A stretch of 32,000 nt of DNA from Paracoccus suum. Its GTDB lineage: Bacteria > Pseudomonadota > Alphaproteobacteria > Rhodobacterales > Rhodobacteraceae. The notes beneath the pieces were generated by a model that saw only the letters and a list, made by a program, of their open reading frames with translations, had not been told where the DNA came from and did no database searches. Shown piece by piece: positions 7,220-17,321 of this stretch. Made by a program: the position numbers and the translations under genes. Position 1 is the stretch's first letter, and each line of letters opens with the position of its first letter. Where the stretch lies: positions 2,880,001-2,912,000 of the forward strand of contig NZ_CP030918.1 in the NCBI RefSeq assembly GCF_003324675.1, read 5' to 3'.

Positions 7220-8521
7220 ATGGACCAGATCATTGTGCAGGGCGGTGGGCCCCTCAAGGGCGACATTCCCATCGCCGGCGCCAAGAACGCGTGCCTGACC
7301 CTCATGCCGGCAACGCTGCTGACGGATGAGCCGCTGACGCTGACCAACGCCCCGCGCCTGTCGGATATCCGCACCATGACCCAGCTTCTCGGCAGCCTCG
7401 GGGCGGAGGTGGCGGGCCTGCAGGACGGACGTGTGCTGGCAATGTCCAGCCACAGCCTCAGCAGCCACCGCGCCGACTACGAGATCGTGCGCAAGATGCG
7501 TGCCTCGGTGCTGGTGCTGGGCCCGCTGCTGGCCCGTGACGGCATCGCCGAGGTGTCGCTGCCCGGCGGCTGCGCAATCGGCGCGCGGCCGGTCGACCTG
7601 CATCTGATGGCGCTTGAGGCGATGGGTGCAACGCTTGAGCTGCGCGAGGGCTATATCCACGCCAAGGCACCCTCGGGCGGCCTCCGCGGTGCGGTCATCG
7701 ACTTTCCCGTCGTCTCGGTCGGCGCGACCGAAAACGCGCTGATGGCGGCAACGCTCGCCCGCGGCACGACCGAGCTGCGCAACGCCGCGCGTGAGCCGGA
7801 GATCGTCGACCTGGCCCGCTGCCTGCGCCGCATGGGCGCACAGATCGAAGGCGAAGGCACCTCGACCATCACCGTCCAGGGCGTGGCCCGCCTTGGCGGC
7901 GCGACCCATCCCGTGGTCACCGACCGGATCGAGCTTGGCACCTACATGCTCGCCCCGGCGATCTGCGGCGGCGAGGTCACCTGCCTTGGCGGGACCATCG
8001 ATCTTGTCGCCGCCTTCTGCGAAAAGCTGGACGAGGCTGGGATCACTGTGTCGGAAGACGCCCGTGGGCTGACCGTGGCGCGCAAAAACGGCCGCGTCCG
8101 CGCCGTCGATGTCACCACGGCCCCGTTCCCCGGCTTTCCGACCGACCTGCAGGCCCAGATCATGGCGCTGCTGTGCACCGCCGAGGGCACGAGCCATCTG
8201 GAAGAGACGATCTTTGAGAACCGATTCATGCACGCTCCAGAACTGACGCGCATGGGCGCGCGGATCGACGTGCATGGCGGCCGCGCGACGGTCACGGGAA
8301 CCGAGCGGCTACGCGGCGCACCGGTTATGGCCACGGACCTGCGCGCCTCCGTCAGCCTGATCCTCGCCGGCCTTGCGGCCGAGGGCGAGACGGTCGTGCG
8401 CCGCGTCTATCATCTCGACCGCGGCTACGAGCATGTCGAGGACAAGCTGGCGGCCGTCGGCGCGCGGATCGAGCGCGCCTGCGAGGGCGCCGCCCATGCC
8501 GAGGAGCCGACCCATGCCTGA
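7220..8521 (+). CDS. murA: UDP-N-acetylglucosamine 1-carboxyvinyltransferase
   Basis: The translation is [50 protein letters not shown]...[13 protein letters not shown]...[11 protein letters not shown]...FENRFMH..EL.RMGA, a full-length MurA pattern. AGGA lies upstream of the ATG. Confidence 0.95.
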   Translation: MDQIIVQGGGPLKGDIPIAGAKNACLTLMPATLLTDEPLTLTNAPRLSDIRTMTQLLGSLGAEVAGLQDGRVLAMSSHSLSSHRADYEIVRKMRASVLVLGPLLARDGIAEVSLPGGCAIGARPVDLHLMALEAMGATLELREGYIHAKAPSGGLRGAVIDFPVVSVGATENALMAATLARGTTELRNAAREPEIVDLARCLRRMGAQIEGEGTSTITVQGVARLGGATHPVVTDRIELGTYMLAPAICGGEVTCLGGTIDLVAAFCEKLDEAGITVSEDARGLTVARKNGRVRAVDVTTAPFPGFPTDLQAQIMALLCTAEGTSHLEETIFENRFMHAPELTRMGARIDVHGGRATVTGTERLRGAPVMATDLRASVSLILAGLAAEGETVVRRVYHLDRGYEHVEDKLAAVGARIERACEGAAHAEEPTHA

Positions 8522-8990
8522 CGCAGGCTTTGCCGACGCCGGGCCCGGCCCTGTGATGCTGCGTGCCGAGGACGCCGAGGATCTGCGCATCATCAGCGCG
8601 CTGGCGCAGGACGCCGTGCTGCCGGTGACCGAGATCAGCTGGCAGCCGGCCCAGCGCCGCCTGACCCTGCTGCTGAACCGCTTTCGCTGGGAGGACCAGG
8701 ACGCCGCCCGCGCCGAAGGCCGCCCGTTCGAACGGGTGCAGGCCCTGATGGTCATCAGCGACGCGACCCGCCTTTCCTCGGACGGGATCGACCGTGCGGA
8801 TTCGGACTTGGTGCTGTCGCTGCTGGCGCTGGAATGGCAACCGGGCGAGGACGGCACCGGGCGCATTGCCTTGCATTTTGCCGGGGATGGCACGCTGGTG
8901 GCAGACGTGGAATGCATCTCGGTCGACCTGCGCGACGTGACCCGGCCCTACGCCGCGCCCTCGGGCAAGGCGCCGCAGCACCCGGAATGA
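8514..8990 (+). CDS. DUF2948 family protein
   Basis: The internal ATG at 8514 overlaps the murA stop by 8 nt. The translation [61 protein letters not shown]... matches the alphaproteobacterial DUF2948 pattern as I remember it. Confidence 0.75.
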   Translation: MPDAGFADAGPGPVMLRAEDAEDLRIISALAQDAVLPVTEISWQPAQRRLTLLLNRFRWEDQDAARAEGRPFERVQALMVISDATRLSSDGIDRADSDLVLSLLALEWQPGEDGTGRIALHFAGDGTLVADVECISVDLRDVTRPYAAPSGKAPQHPE

Positions 8991-9463
8991 TGATCTGGCG
9001 GCTGACCCCGGCCGATTCCGCCGCCTGGCGTGCGATTCGGCTGGAGGCGCTGGCCAAGGCCCCCGACGCTTTCGGCTCGCGCCTCGCCGACTGGCAGGAC
9101 CGGCCACTGGACAGCTTCGCGGCGCGGCTGGCGGCGACACCGACTTATGCCGTCGGCGATGACCCGCAACTGCCGCTGGCCGTGGCGGGGCTGGACCCCG
9201 ATCCTGACCACCCGCGCCGCCTGTGGATCATCTCGGTCTACGCCCGCCCTGCGGCACGCGGCCGCGGCTACGCCGAGGCGCTGCTGCGGCATCTGCTGGA
9301 AATCGCGCGGGCGGACGGCATGACAGAACTCGCACTGCATGTCGGCACGGGCAACGAGCCGGCCCAGCGCCTTTACCACCGGCTCGGCTTTGCCTTCAGC
9401 GGCGCACCGGCGCAGATGAACCCGAACGGCGTGCCCGAGGCCGAGATGCTGCTGGCGCTGTAG
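8987..9463 (+). CDS. GNAT family N-acetyltransferase
   Basis: The start ATGATG overlaps the DUF2948 stop (ATGA). The acetyl-CoA motif region is ISVYARPAARGRGYAEALLRHLLEIARADGMTELALHVGTGNEPAQRLYHRLGF. Confidence 0.8.
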   Translation: MMIWRLTPADSAAWRAIRLEALAKAPDAFGSRLADWQDRPLDSFAARLAATPTYAVGDDPQLPLAVAGLDPDPDHPRRLWIISVYARPAARGRGYAEALLRHLLEIARADGMTELALHVGTGNEPAQRLYHRLGFAFSGAPAQMNPNGVPEAEMLLAL

Positions 9464-9532
9464 CTTGCAGCGCCGCCCGGCCATCGCTAACACCGGGCGA
9501 CAGCGCCCTTCGGCGCCTGCCGGAGGCCGAGG

Positions 9533-10849
9533 ATGCCGCATCTGCTCGATACCGCCGCAGCTGGGTTCGACCAGCAGTTCCGGTCGCTTCTGAGCGCAAA
9601 GCGCGAGGATGCGGAGGATGTCGGGGCAGCAGTTGATAACATCATCGCCGACGTCCGGGACCGGGGCGATGCCGCCCTGATCGAATTGACCGCACGTTAT
9701 GACGGCCTGGACGTGACCCCGCAGACGCTGCGCATCCCGCCCGAGGAGATCGCGGCCGCTGCCGCCACTGTAAGCGCCGATGACCGCGCCGCGTTGACGC
9801 TCGCAGCCAGTCGGGTGCGGGCCTACCACGCCCGCCAGATGCCGCGCGACGAAAGCTTTACCGACCCCGAGGGCGCGACCCTTGGCTGGCGCTGGACGCC
9901 GGTCGATGCGGCGGGCCTCTATGTGCCCGGCGGTCAGGCCAGCTATCCGTCCTCGGTGCTGATGAACGCCGTCCCCGCACGGGTCGCCGGGGTGGGCCGG
10001 CTGGTGGTTTGCGTGCCGGCCCCTGGCGGGCAGTTGAATCCGCTGGTTCTGGCCGCCTGCCAGATCGCCGGCGTGGACGAGGTCTACCGCATCGGGGGCG
10101 CCCAGGCGATTGCCGCGCTGGCCTACGGCACGGCGACGGTCCCCGCCGTGGACAAGATCACCGGCCCCGGCAATGCCTATGTCGCCGCCGCCAAAGCGCG
10201 CGTCTTTGGCCGCGTCGGCATCGACATGATCGCCGGCCCGTCCGAGGTGGTCATCATTGCCGACGGCACCGCCAATCCCGAATGGCTGGCCCTCGACCTG
10301 CTGGCGCAGGCCGAACATGACGCCGACGCTCAGTCGATCTTGCTGACGCCCGATGCAGAGTTCGCCCGCTCGGTCGCCGCTGAGGTGGACCGCCTGCTGC
10401 CGGGCCTGCCCCGCGCCGCCATCGCTGGCGCCAGCTGGCGCGATCATGGGGCCATCGTCGTGACCCGCGATCTGGCCGAGGCTGCGGAGTTGTCCAACCG
10501 CCTCGCGCCCGAGCATCTGGAGATTTGCACCGATGACCCCGATGCGGTCGCAGCCCGGATCCGCCATGCGGGCGCGATTTTCCTGGGGGGCTGGACGCCC
10601 GAAGCGGCGGGCGATTACGTCTCGGGGCCGAACCATGTGCTGCCAACCGCGCGGTCGGCCCGGTTCTCGTCGGGGCTGTCGGTGATGGACTTTCTCAAGC
10701 GCACCACCATCTCGCGCCTGACACCGGCGGCGCTGGCGGCCATCGGCCCGGCGGCCGTGCGACTGGCCGAGGCCGAGGGCCTCGGCGCCCACGCACGCTC
10801 GGTCGCGGCGCGAATCGCGCAGCACGCCGGCCAAGGGGCACGGTCATGA
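9533..10849 (+). CDS. hisD: Histidinol dehydrogenase
   Basis: GGAGG lies upstream of the ATG. The translation contains typical HisD blocks, including IDMIAGPSEVVIIAD and LLAQAEHD, followed by SGPNHVLPT. Confidence 0.95.
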   Translation: MPHLLDTAAAGFDQQFRSLLSAKREDAEDVGAAVDNIIADVRDRGDAALIELTARYDGLDVTPQTLRIPPEEIAAAAATVSADDRAALTLAASRVRAYHARQMPRDESFTDPEGATLGWRWTPVDAAGLYVPGGQASYPSSVLMNAVPARVAGVGRLVVCVPAPGGQLNPLVLAACQIAGVDEVYRIGGAQAIAALAYGTATVPAVDKITGPGNAYVAAAKARVFGRVGIDMIAGPSEVVIIADGTANPEWLALDLLAQAEHDADAQSILLTPDAEFARSVAAEVDRLLPGLPRAAIAGASWRDHGAIVVTRDLAEAAELSNRLAPEHLEICTDDPDAVAARIRHAGAIFLGGWTPEAAGDYVSGPNHVLPTARSARFSSGLSVMDFLKRTTISRLTPAALAAIGPAAVRLAEAEGLGAHARSVAARIAQHAGQGARS

Positions 10850-11322
10850 ACCGCCTCTGCCGCGTCGAGATCGACGACAGCGCCCTACCCCCGCCCGGCC
10901 CCGAGATGGAGCAGGAGCGCCGGGTCGCGATATTTGACCTGCTCGAGGATAACAGCTTTGCGCTTCCGGGCCGGGCCGGGCAGACCGCGCCCCCCGGTCC
11001 CTATGCGCTGGTGCTGGCGGTCCGCGATGGCCGCCTGGTTTTCGATGTCGCCACCCAAGAGGACAAGGCGCTGGCCTCGTTCCATCTGTCGATGGGTCCG
11101 TTCCGGCAGGTGATCAAGGACTATTTCCAGATCTGCACCAGCTACTACGATGCCGTCAAACGCCTGCCGCCGGCGCAGATCGAGGCGATCGACATGGCCC
11201 GGCGCGGCATTCACAACGAGGGGGCGCGCACCTTGCAGGAGCGTCTGGAGGGCAAGGCCGAGGTTGACATCGACACCGCCCGCCGCCTGTTCACCCTGAT
11301 TTGCGCGTTGCAACAGGTCTGA
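10846..11322 (+). CDS. UPF0262 family protein
   Basis: The start overlaps the hisD stop (ATGA). The translation contains EQERRVAIFDLLEDNSFAL, GPYALVLAVRDGRLVFDV, PFRQVIKDYFQICTSYYDAV, IEAIDMARRGIHNEGA and RRLFTLICAL. Confidence 0.85.
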   Translation: MNRLCRVEIDDSALPPPGPEMEQERRVAIFDLLEDNSFALPGRAGQTAPPGPYALVLAVRDGRLVFDVATQEDKALASFHLSMGPFRQVIKDYFQICTSYYDAVKRLPPAQIEAIDMARRGIHNEGARTLQERLEGKAEVDIDTARRLFTLICALQQV

Positions 11323-11325
11323 CCG

Positions 11326-11790
11326 ATGTCCGGCCCGGTCCCCCTCCCCGGCTCGGTCCTGTTCTGCTGTGATCACAACGCCATCCGCTCGCCCATGGCC
11401 GAGGCGATGATGAAGAAAAATTATGGCCGCGCATGCTACGTGCAGTCGGCCGGCGTGCGAAGCGATATGGAGGTCGACGGATTTGCCGTCGCCGTCTGCG
11501 CCGAACTGGGGATCGAGCTTGCCCGCCACCGCTCGCGCAGCTTCGAGCAGATGACCGACTGGGGCGACGATCTGACCGCCTTTGACCTGGTCATCGCCCT
11601 CTCCCCCGCCAGCCAGCGTCATGCCCTTGAAATGACGCGACATGTGCATCTGGATGTCGAATATTGGCCGATCATGGACCCGGTCGGCCTCGGCGAGGGC
11701 CGCGCGGCACAACTGGATGCCTATCGCCAGACCCGTGACCAGATCGCCGAGCGCATGCTCGCCCGGTTCGGGCCCCCGCGCGTCGGGTAG
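11326..11790 (+). CDS. Low-molecular-weight protein-tyrosine phosphatase / ArsC-like family protein
   Basis: The CX5R(S/T) P-loop is VLFCCDHNAIRSPMAEAMM. The size of 154 aa fits. It starts 3 nt after the UPF0262 stop. Confidence 0.8.
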   Translation: MSGPVPLPGSVLFCCDHNAIRSPMAEAMMKKNYGRACYVQSAGVRSDMEVDGFAVAVCAELGIELARHRSRSFEQMTDWGDDLTAFDLVIALSPASQRHALEMTRHVHLDVEYWPIMDPVGLGEGRAAQLDAYRQTRDQIAERMLARFGPPRVG

Positions 11791-11902
11791 GCGCCGGCGA
11801 TCATTACAATTGTCGGCATTCCCGTGCCGAGGGACGCGCGTCTTAACCCGATCTTAGAAGCCGGGTGCTACGCCATCCTCATCGATACGCAGCACGAGGC
11901 AT

Positions 11903-13609
11903 ATGATGCGACGTTTGACGGACGATCCAGCCCTCGTGGCAGCGATCGCAGAGGCGGCCAACACGGCCCCCATGGTCGAGCTTGACCTGAGCGGACGGAT
12001 CATTTCCGCCAATGCTGGCTACGCCAAGCTGACCGGCGTTCCCCTCGACGCATTGCCGGGACAACATCTGTCGGATGCGTTCAAGATGATCGACATCGAG
12101 ACGGTGCGCGGCCTCCTGGCACGCTCTGCCGCGGGCGAGACGGTTCACGCCCGCAGCCTGCGCGAGGCACAGGACGGCCGCACGCTGATGCTGCAGACAA
12201 CCTATGCGCCGATCATCGGCCCCGGCGGGCAGACCCGCAGCATCGTCGCCGTGATCGCCAATGTCACCGCCCAGCATGTCGAGATGCGCCAGCAGGCCAG
12301 CGTGATCGCGGCGCTATCCCGCTCGCAGGCGGTGATCGAGTTCACGCCGCAGGGCGAAATCGTCGAGGCTAACCAGAATTTCCTCGACTGCCTCGGGTAT
12401 GAATTGTCCGAGGTCAAGGGCCGTCACCATCGCATGTTTGTCGATCCCGCCGAACGGGATTCGCCGGCATATGCCGCCTTCTGGGCGGCGCTCGCCCGCG
12501 GCGAGAGCCAGTCGGGCGAGTTCCGGCGCCTGCGCAAGGACGGCGCGCCGGCACATATCGTCGCGACCTACACGGCCGTCGTCGAGGATTCAGGCAAGGT
12601 CAGCAAGGTGATCAAGTTTGCCAGCGACGTCACGCCCCGCAAGGTGGCGGTCGAAAAGCTCGTCAGCGGCATCGCCGCGATGGCGCGCGGTGACCTGTCC
12701 GTGCGCCTTGCCGGCGCCACCGACCCGGAGTTCGTGCCGGTCTTCACCATCTTCAATGACGCGCTCGCCCACCTCGTCTCGCTGGTCGAGGACCTGCGCG
12801 TGCGCTCCGGGACCATGAATGCCGAGGCGAGCGAGATCGCCGCCGGGGCCGAGGATCTGGCCAAGCGCGGCGAATCGCAGGCGGCCTCGCTGGAGCAGAC
12901 GGCGGCAGCGGTCGAGCAGATTTCCGGAAACGTCGCCACGACCAGCCAATCGGCGCGCGACGCCGACAGTGCCGCCCGCAGCGCCGAGGAAATCGTGCGC
13001 ACCGGCGCCGAAACCGTTGGCCGCGCCATCGATGCCATGGACCGGATCGACGAGCACACCCGTCACATGGGCGAGTTTACGCGCGTGATCGAGAACTTCG
13101 CCTTCCAGACCAACCTGCTTTCGATCAACGCAGCGGTCGAGGCCGCCCGCGCCGGCGAGGTCGGGCGCGGCTTTGCCGTGGTCGCGAACGAGGTCCGTAA
13201 CCTGGCCCAGCAGTCCGCCAAGGCGAGCCAGTCGATTGCCGAGCTGATCGGAAAGAGCAAAGCCGAGGTCACGACCGGCGTGCGGCTGGTCAAGGACGCC
13301 GGCAGCGCGCTGGAGCAGATCCGCACGGCAGTCGCGGCGATGGCCTCGAACGTCGCCGGCATCGCCCATGCCACGACCGACCAGGCCACGGGCGTGCGCG
13401 AGGTGTCCGAGGTCCTGTCGCAACTCGACTCGGTTAACCAGTCGAACTTGACGCTCAGCGACAACAATGCCGCGGCCGCAGCTTCGTTGACCAGCCAGGT
13501 TGCGGAAATGATCGCGGTGCTGGGCCATTTTCATACACGCGAGATCGAACGCGAGGGGGAGCCCGGCGTCTTATCCGCGGCTAATGCTCCGTTGCGCCGG
13601 TCGGCCTAA
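11903..13609 (+). CDS. Soluble methyl-accepting chemotaxis protein with two N-terminal PAS domains
   Basis: No TM segment is present. There are two PAS-like repeats (...[17 protein letters not shown]... and ...[29 protein letters not shown]...). The conserved MCP hairpin tip is [44 protein letters not shown]. Confidence 0.9.
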   Translation: MMRRLTDDPALVAAIAEAANTAPMVELDLSGRIISANAGYAKLTGVPLDALPGQHLSDAFKMIDIETVRGLLARSAAGETVHARSLREAQDGRTLMLQTTYAPIIGPGGQTRSIVAVIANVTAQHVEMRQQASVIAALSRSQAVIEFTPQGEIVEANQNFLDCLGYELSEVKGRHHRMFVDPAERDSPAYAAFWAALARGESQSGEFRRLRKDGAPAHIVATYTAVVEDSGKVSKVIKFASDVTPRKVAVEKLVSGIAAMARGDLSVRLAGATDPEFVPVFTIFNDALAHLVSLVEDLRVRSGTMNAEASEIAAGAEDLAKRGESQAASLEQTAAAVEQISGNVATTSQSARDADSAARSAEEIVRTGAETVGRAIDAMDRIDEHTRHMGEFTRVIENFAFQTNLLSINAAVEAARAGEVGRGFAVVANEVRNLAQQSAKASQSIAELIGKSKAEVTTGVRLVKDAGSALEQIRTAVAAMASNVAGIAHATTDQATGVREVSEVLSQLDSVNQSNLTLSDNNAAAAASLTSQVAEMIAVLGHFHTREIEREGEPGVLSAANAPLRRSA

Positions 13610-13729
13610 GCTGATTTGCGATTTAGTCCGGTCGGGGCGTCCATCACAGCGCTTCGCGGCGGCCAGTTCCGCCATGGCCATCAGCACGACCTCGTGCGGA
13701 CAAGGACGCCGATCCGCCATAACGCGAGG

Positions 13730-13752
13730 AAAAAAGGCCGCGACCTGCGGCC
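13730..13752 (-). terminator. Rho-independent terminator downstream of the M32 carboxypeptidase gene; possibly bidirectional, also serving the MCP gene
   Basis: The minus strand reads GGCCGC-AGGTC-GCGGCC followed by TTTTTT. It lies about 55 nt after the stop at 13807. Confidence 0.65.
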
Positions 13753-13806
13753 CTTCGCTTTCAGTCTCGTCTTCGAGGACCGCGCGCGTTCGCGCAGCCT
13801 TAAGGC

Positions 13807-15288
13807 TCACAGGGCGTACAGATCGCCAAATTTGTCCTCGAGGTAATCCAGCAGCGGCTCGGGCGAGGGCGCGGCGCCGGTCGCAGCCTCGATCAACTCG
13901 CGCGGGGGCAACAGGGCGCCATGACGCTGGACCCGCTCGCGCAACCACTCGGTCGCCGGGTGGGCTTTGCCGCGGGCCAGTTCGGCATCAAGGTCAGGCA
14001 GATCGGCCCGCATCGCGCGGTCGAGGCAGCCGGCGTAGACATTCCCCAGCGCATATGTCGGGAAATAGCCGAACAGACCCACTGACCAATGCACATCCTG
14101 TAACACCCCATTCGCGGGGCGGTCCACGGCCACGCCGAAATCGCGCAGGAATCGCGCGTTCCATGCCTCGGGCAGGTCCTCGACCGAAAGCCTGCCGGCG
14201 ATCAGGTCGCGCTCGAGGTCGAAGCGCATCATGACGTGCAGGTTGTAATGCACCTCATCCGCCTCGGTGCGGATGTAGCCGGGATTGACGCGATTTACGG
14301 TCCCGTAGAATGCATCCGCGTCGCCCCCGGCGAAATCGTCGAACGCATCGGCCATCCGCCCCGAGAGCCAACCCGTGAAGGCGCGCGAGCGGCCGAGTTG
14401 GTTCTCGTAAATGCGGCTCTGGCTTTCGTGGACGCCCATCGACACGCCGCGCCCCAGCGGGGTCAGCGCATAGTCCGGGTCGATCCCCAATTCGTAGCTG
14501 GCATGGCCGACTTCGTGAATCGTGGAATAGACACAATTGAACGGATCGGTCTCGACCACCCGCGTCGTCACGCGCGCGTCCTGCCAGCCACCCGAACTGA
14601 AGGGATGGACCGCCAGGTCCAGCCGGCCGCGGGTCCAGTCATAGCCAAAGGCAGTCGCAACGCCGCGCGCCAGCCGCAACTGCCCCTCTTGCGGAAATGT
14701 TCCGCTCAGCGCCCGCGGCACGGTTTCCGCGCCTAGGATCGCCTCGCGCAGGGCGACAAGACGGGGCCGCATCGCATCAAAGATCGCCGCAATCTCGGTT
14801 GCCGAAGTCTCGGGCTCGTAATCGTCGAGCAGCGCGTCATAGACATCGCCGCCATCGGCCAGCGCCGCCCCCTGCTCGCGCTTCAGCATCACGACCTCGG
14901 ACAGGGTCGGCAGGAAATCATCCGGCGCGTCCTTGGCGCGCGCCTCGGCCCAGATGCCTTGCGCCAGCGAGGTGACGCGGGCGATTTCGGTCGCAAGGCG
15001 GGCTGGCACGCGGCTGGCGCGCGTATAGTCGCGCGCAATCAAGGCCAGCGAACGCTCGTCCTCGGCGTCCTCGGCGTAATCGGCGGCCACGTCCAGCCAT
15101 TCGCCGATACGCGGGTCGGTGCGCCGCTCGTGCAGCACCGTCTCGAGGGCTGCGACTTCTTCGCTGCGCTGCTCGGCCGCGCCTTTGGGCATGACCGTCT
15201 CGCGATCCCAGTCGAGCCGGCCGGCGATCGAGGCCAGCGCCTCGGTGGTGCGCTGGAACGCCAGCAGCTGATCGAATCCATCGCTCAT
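13807..15288 (-). CDS. Carboxypeptidase, M32 family (Taq-like metallocarboxypeptidase)
   Basis: Motifs present: AVHPFSSG, zinc site STIHEVGHASYE (HExxH), GVHESQSRIYEN, LQDVHWS. Length is 493 aa. Confidence 0.9.
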   Translation of the reverse strand: MSDGFDQLLAFQRTTEALASIAGRLDWDRETVMPKGAAEQRSEEVAALETVLHERRTDPRIGEWLDVAADYAEDAEDERSLALIARDYTRASRVPARLATEIARVTSLAQGIWAEARAKDAPDDFLPTLSEVVMLKREQGAALADGGDVYDALLDDYEPETSATEIAAIFDAMRPRLVALREAILGAETVPRALSGTFPQEGQLRLARGVATAFGYDWTRGRLDLAVHPFSSGGWQDARVTTRVVETDPFNCVYSTIHEVGHASYELGIDPDYALTPLGRGVSMGVHESQSRIYENQLGRSRAFTGWLSGRMADAFDDFAGGDADAFYGTVNRVNPGYIRTEADEVHYNLHVMMRFDLERDLIAGRLSVEDLPEAWNARFLRDFGVAVDRPANGVLQDVHWSVGLFGYFPTYALGNVYAGCLDRAMRADLPDLDAELARGKAHPATEWLRERVQRHGALLPPRELIEAATGAAPSPEPLLDYLEDKFGDLYAL

Positions 15289-16433
15289 CGCAGGGTTCCC
15301 CGAACCGAAGTTTCAAACGGATAGCGCGCCTGGTAGCGGCCGCGCAGGATCAGAACGAACAGTGCCACGGCGGTCAGTTGGTGGGCCAGCGCCAGTCCGA
15401 GGGGGGCGCCATGGATCACGTTCAGGATCCCGAGGCCGATCTGCACCGCTACCGCTGCCAGCATGGCGGCAAAGGCGGCCCGCGTCGATGGGTGGGGCGA
15501 GCGGCGCGCGCGCAGGAACACCACCACGGCAAAGATCGCCAGCAGATAGCCGACGATGCGGTGGATGAATTGCACCAGGGCGGGGTTCTCGATGAAGTTG
15601 CGCCACAGCGGTTGCAAGTCCAGCGCGGCAGCCGGGATCCATTCGCCGCCCATCTTTGGCCAACCCGTATACTGGCGCCCTGCGTCAATGCCGGCGACCA
15701 GGGCACCCAGCAGCACTTGCACGAACGTGAGATGCATTAGTCCGGTTGACATGGAAAACAGCTTTGCCTCGCCGGCCCGGCGGGCGCGCATCAGCGCTGC
15801 CTCGGACCGGCCGAGCATCAGTGCATACCAGGCGATCACCCCGAGGATCGCGAAGCCGAGGCCGAGGTGGGTCGCCAGCCGCCAGCTGGCGACATGCGTG
15901 AGGGTTGTCCCGCTGACGCCGGAGGACACCATCCACCAACCGACCGCACCCTGCAGCCCGCCCAGGATGCCCGGCAGCGCCAAGCGTCCGACCCAGCCCT
16001 GCGGAATCCGCCTCGTGGCCCAGAAGAACGCAAAACCCGCCGCCCAGACCAGCCCGACCAGCCGGCCGAGCAGGCGGTGCGACCATTCCCACCAGTAGAT
16101 CCGCTTGAATCCGCCGAGGTCCATGTCCGGGTTGACCTCGCGGAATTGCGGAATCTGCTGGTATTTGTCGAACTCGGCCTGCCACTCGGCGGCCGATGCC
16201 GGGGGCAGCGTGCCGGTCACGACACGCCATTCGGTGATCGAGAGACCCGAACCCGTCAGCCGGGTCGCGCCGCCCAGCGCGATCATCGCCATGACCATGA
16301 TGAACAGCACCACCAACCAGGCGCGTATCGCCCGGCGCGCGCCGAGCGGGGCTGCGTCGATCAGCCCGCCTGCGGGCAGTGGCGCGGGGCGAGCCGCCTC
16401 GCCGACCTCCTGGAACACGGGCCGCTTGGCCAT
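15285..16433 (-). CDS. ctaA: Heme A synthase (COX15/CtaA)
   Basis: This is a polytopic membrane protein. The N-terminal part is ...IALGGATRLTGSGLSITEWRVVTGTLPP... and EWSHRLLGR. A second half contains FIHRIVGY and LALAHQLTA histidines. The stop overlaps the M32 start by 4 nt. Confidence 0.9.
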   Translation of the reverse strand: MAKRPVFQEVGEAARPAPLPAGGLIDAAPLGARRAIRAWLVVLFIMVMAMIALGGATRLTGSGLSITEWRVVTGTLPPASAAEWQAEFDKYQQIPQFREVNPDMDLGGFKRIYWWEWSHRLLGRLVGLVWAAGFAFFWATRRIPQGWVGRLALPGILGGLQGAVGWWMVSSGVSGTTLTHVASWRLATHLGLGFAILGVIAWYALMLGRSEAALMRARRAGEAKLFSMSTGLMHLTFVQVLLGALVAGIDAGRQYTGWPKMGGEWIPAAALDLQPLWRNFIENPALVQFIHRIVGYLLAIFAVVVFLRARRSPHPSTRAAFAAMLAAVAVQIGLGILNVIHGAPLGLALAHQLTAVALFVLILRGRYQARYPFETSVRGTLR

Positions 16434-16486
16434 GGGGTCACCTCACTTGGCTTTGGCGGCGGACCTAAGCAGTCCGCCAGATAGGG

Positions 16487-17251
16487 TCAATCGCCTGCGG
16501 GCGGGGGTCCGCCGCGATGGCGGGTCAATTGGCGCAGCGCGCCGTGCAGGATCTTGGCATCGGCACGTGTCAGGGGCATGCGCGACCAAAGGTTGCGCAG
16601 CGCAAGCTTCATGCCGGGCGCCTTTTGCGCGGGGAAAAAGAAGCCGGCCTGGTCGAGCCGCCCTTCCCAGTGATCTGCGAGGGCCGCGATGTCGCGACCA
16701 TTGGCAGCAACCTCGGCCGGGGGACGCCGACCCGTGGGCATGGGCGCAGTCGGCAAGCTGTCCCGCGCCCACTCATAGCCGAGCAGCAGGACCGCCTGTG
16801 CCAGGTTCAGCGACGGGAAATCCGGGTTGACCGGCACCGTGACAATGGCATTGGCGCGGGCGACATCCTCGTTCTCCAGCCCGGCGCGCTCGGGGCCGAA
16901 CATCAGGCCGATGCGACCACCCTCGGCGACGCGGGCCCGCGCGTCCTCCATGGCCGCGGCTGGGGTCAGGACGGGCTTTGTCATCTCGCGGCCACGGGCG
17001 GTGGTGGCATAGGCGCGGTCCAGATCGGCCATCGCCTCGCCCAAGGTCCCGAACACCCTGGCGCGATCGAGGACCTGTCCTGCTGCGCCAGACGCCATGG
17101 CCACGGCGCGCGGATTGGGCCAGCCGTCGCGCGGCGCCACGAGGCGCATGTCCGTCAGGCCGAAGTTCAGCATCGCGCGCGCCGCAGCGCCGATATTCTC
17201 GCCCATCTGCGGGCGCACGAGGATGACGACGGGAGCGGTTGGCGCGGACAT
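16487..17251 (-). CDS. SpoU/TrmH-family RNA 2'-O-methyltransferase (TrmJ-like)
   Basis: The translation reads MSAPTAPVVILVRPQMGENIGAAARAMLNFGLTDMRLVAPRDGWPN...LMFGPERAGLENEDV...VTVPVNPDFPSLNLAQAVLL. The alternative GTG start at 17302 cannot be excluded. Confidence 0.8.
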   Translation of the reverse strand: MSAPTAPVVILVRPQMGENIGAAARAMLNFGLTDMRLVAPRDGWPNPRAVAMASGAAGQVLDRARVFGTLGEAMADLDRAYATTARGREMTKPVLTPAAAMEDARARVAEGGRIGLMFGPERAGLENEDVARANAIVTVPVNPDFPSLNLAQAVLLLGYEWARDSLPTAPMPTGRRPPAEVAANGRDIAALADHWEGRLDQAGFFFPAQKAPGMKLALRNLWSRMPLTRADAKILHGALRQLTRHRGGPPPAGD

Positions 17252-17321
17252 GGCGGCTGGCCTAGCGATACTGGGCCGCCGGCGCAAGCTGACGGCGGCC
17301 ACTCGGGCCGGTCCCCTCGCG

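Noticed and set aside
6590-8275. 561-aa ORF on the minus strand
   Set aside because: It runs straight through the tRNA-Thr gene and antisense to murA. Its composition is Arg/Ala/Gly-rich shadow sequence.
8948-10834. 628-aa ORF on the minus strand
   Set aside because: It lies antisense to the GNAT and hisD genes, both of which are recognisable. This is a shadow ORF.
13571-13720. Minus-strand mini-ORF (MADRRPCPHEVVLMAMAELAAAKR...) just downstream of the terminator
   Set aside because: It has no Shine-Dalgarno sequence. It begins right after a strong terminator, overlaps the 3' end of the MCP gene, and has no recognisable family.
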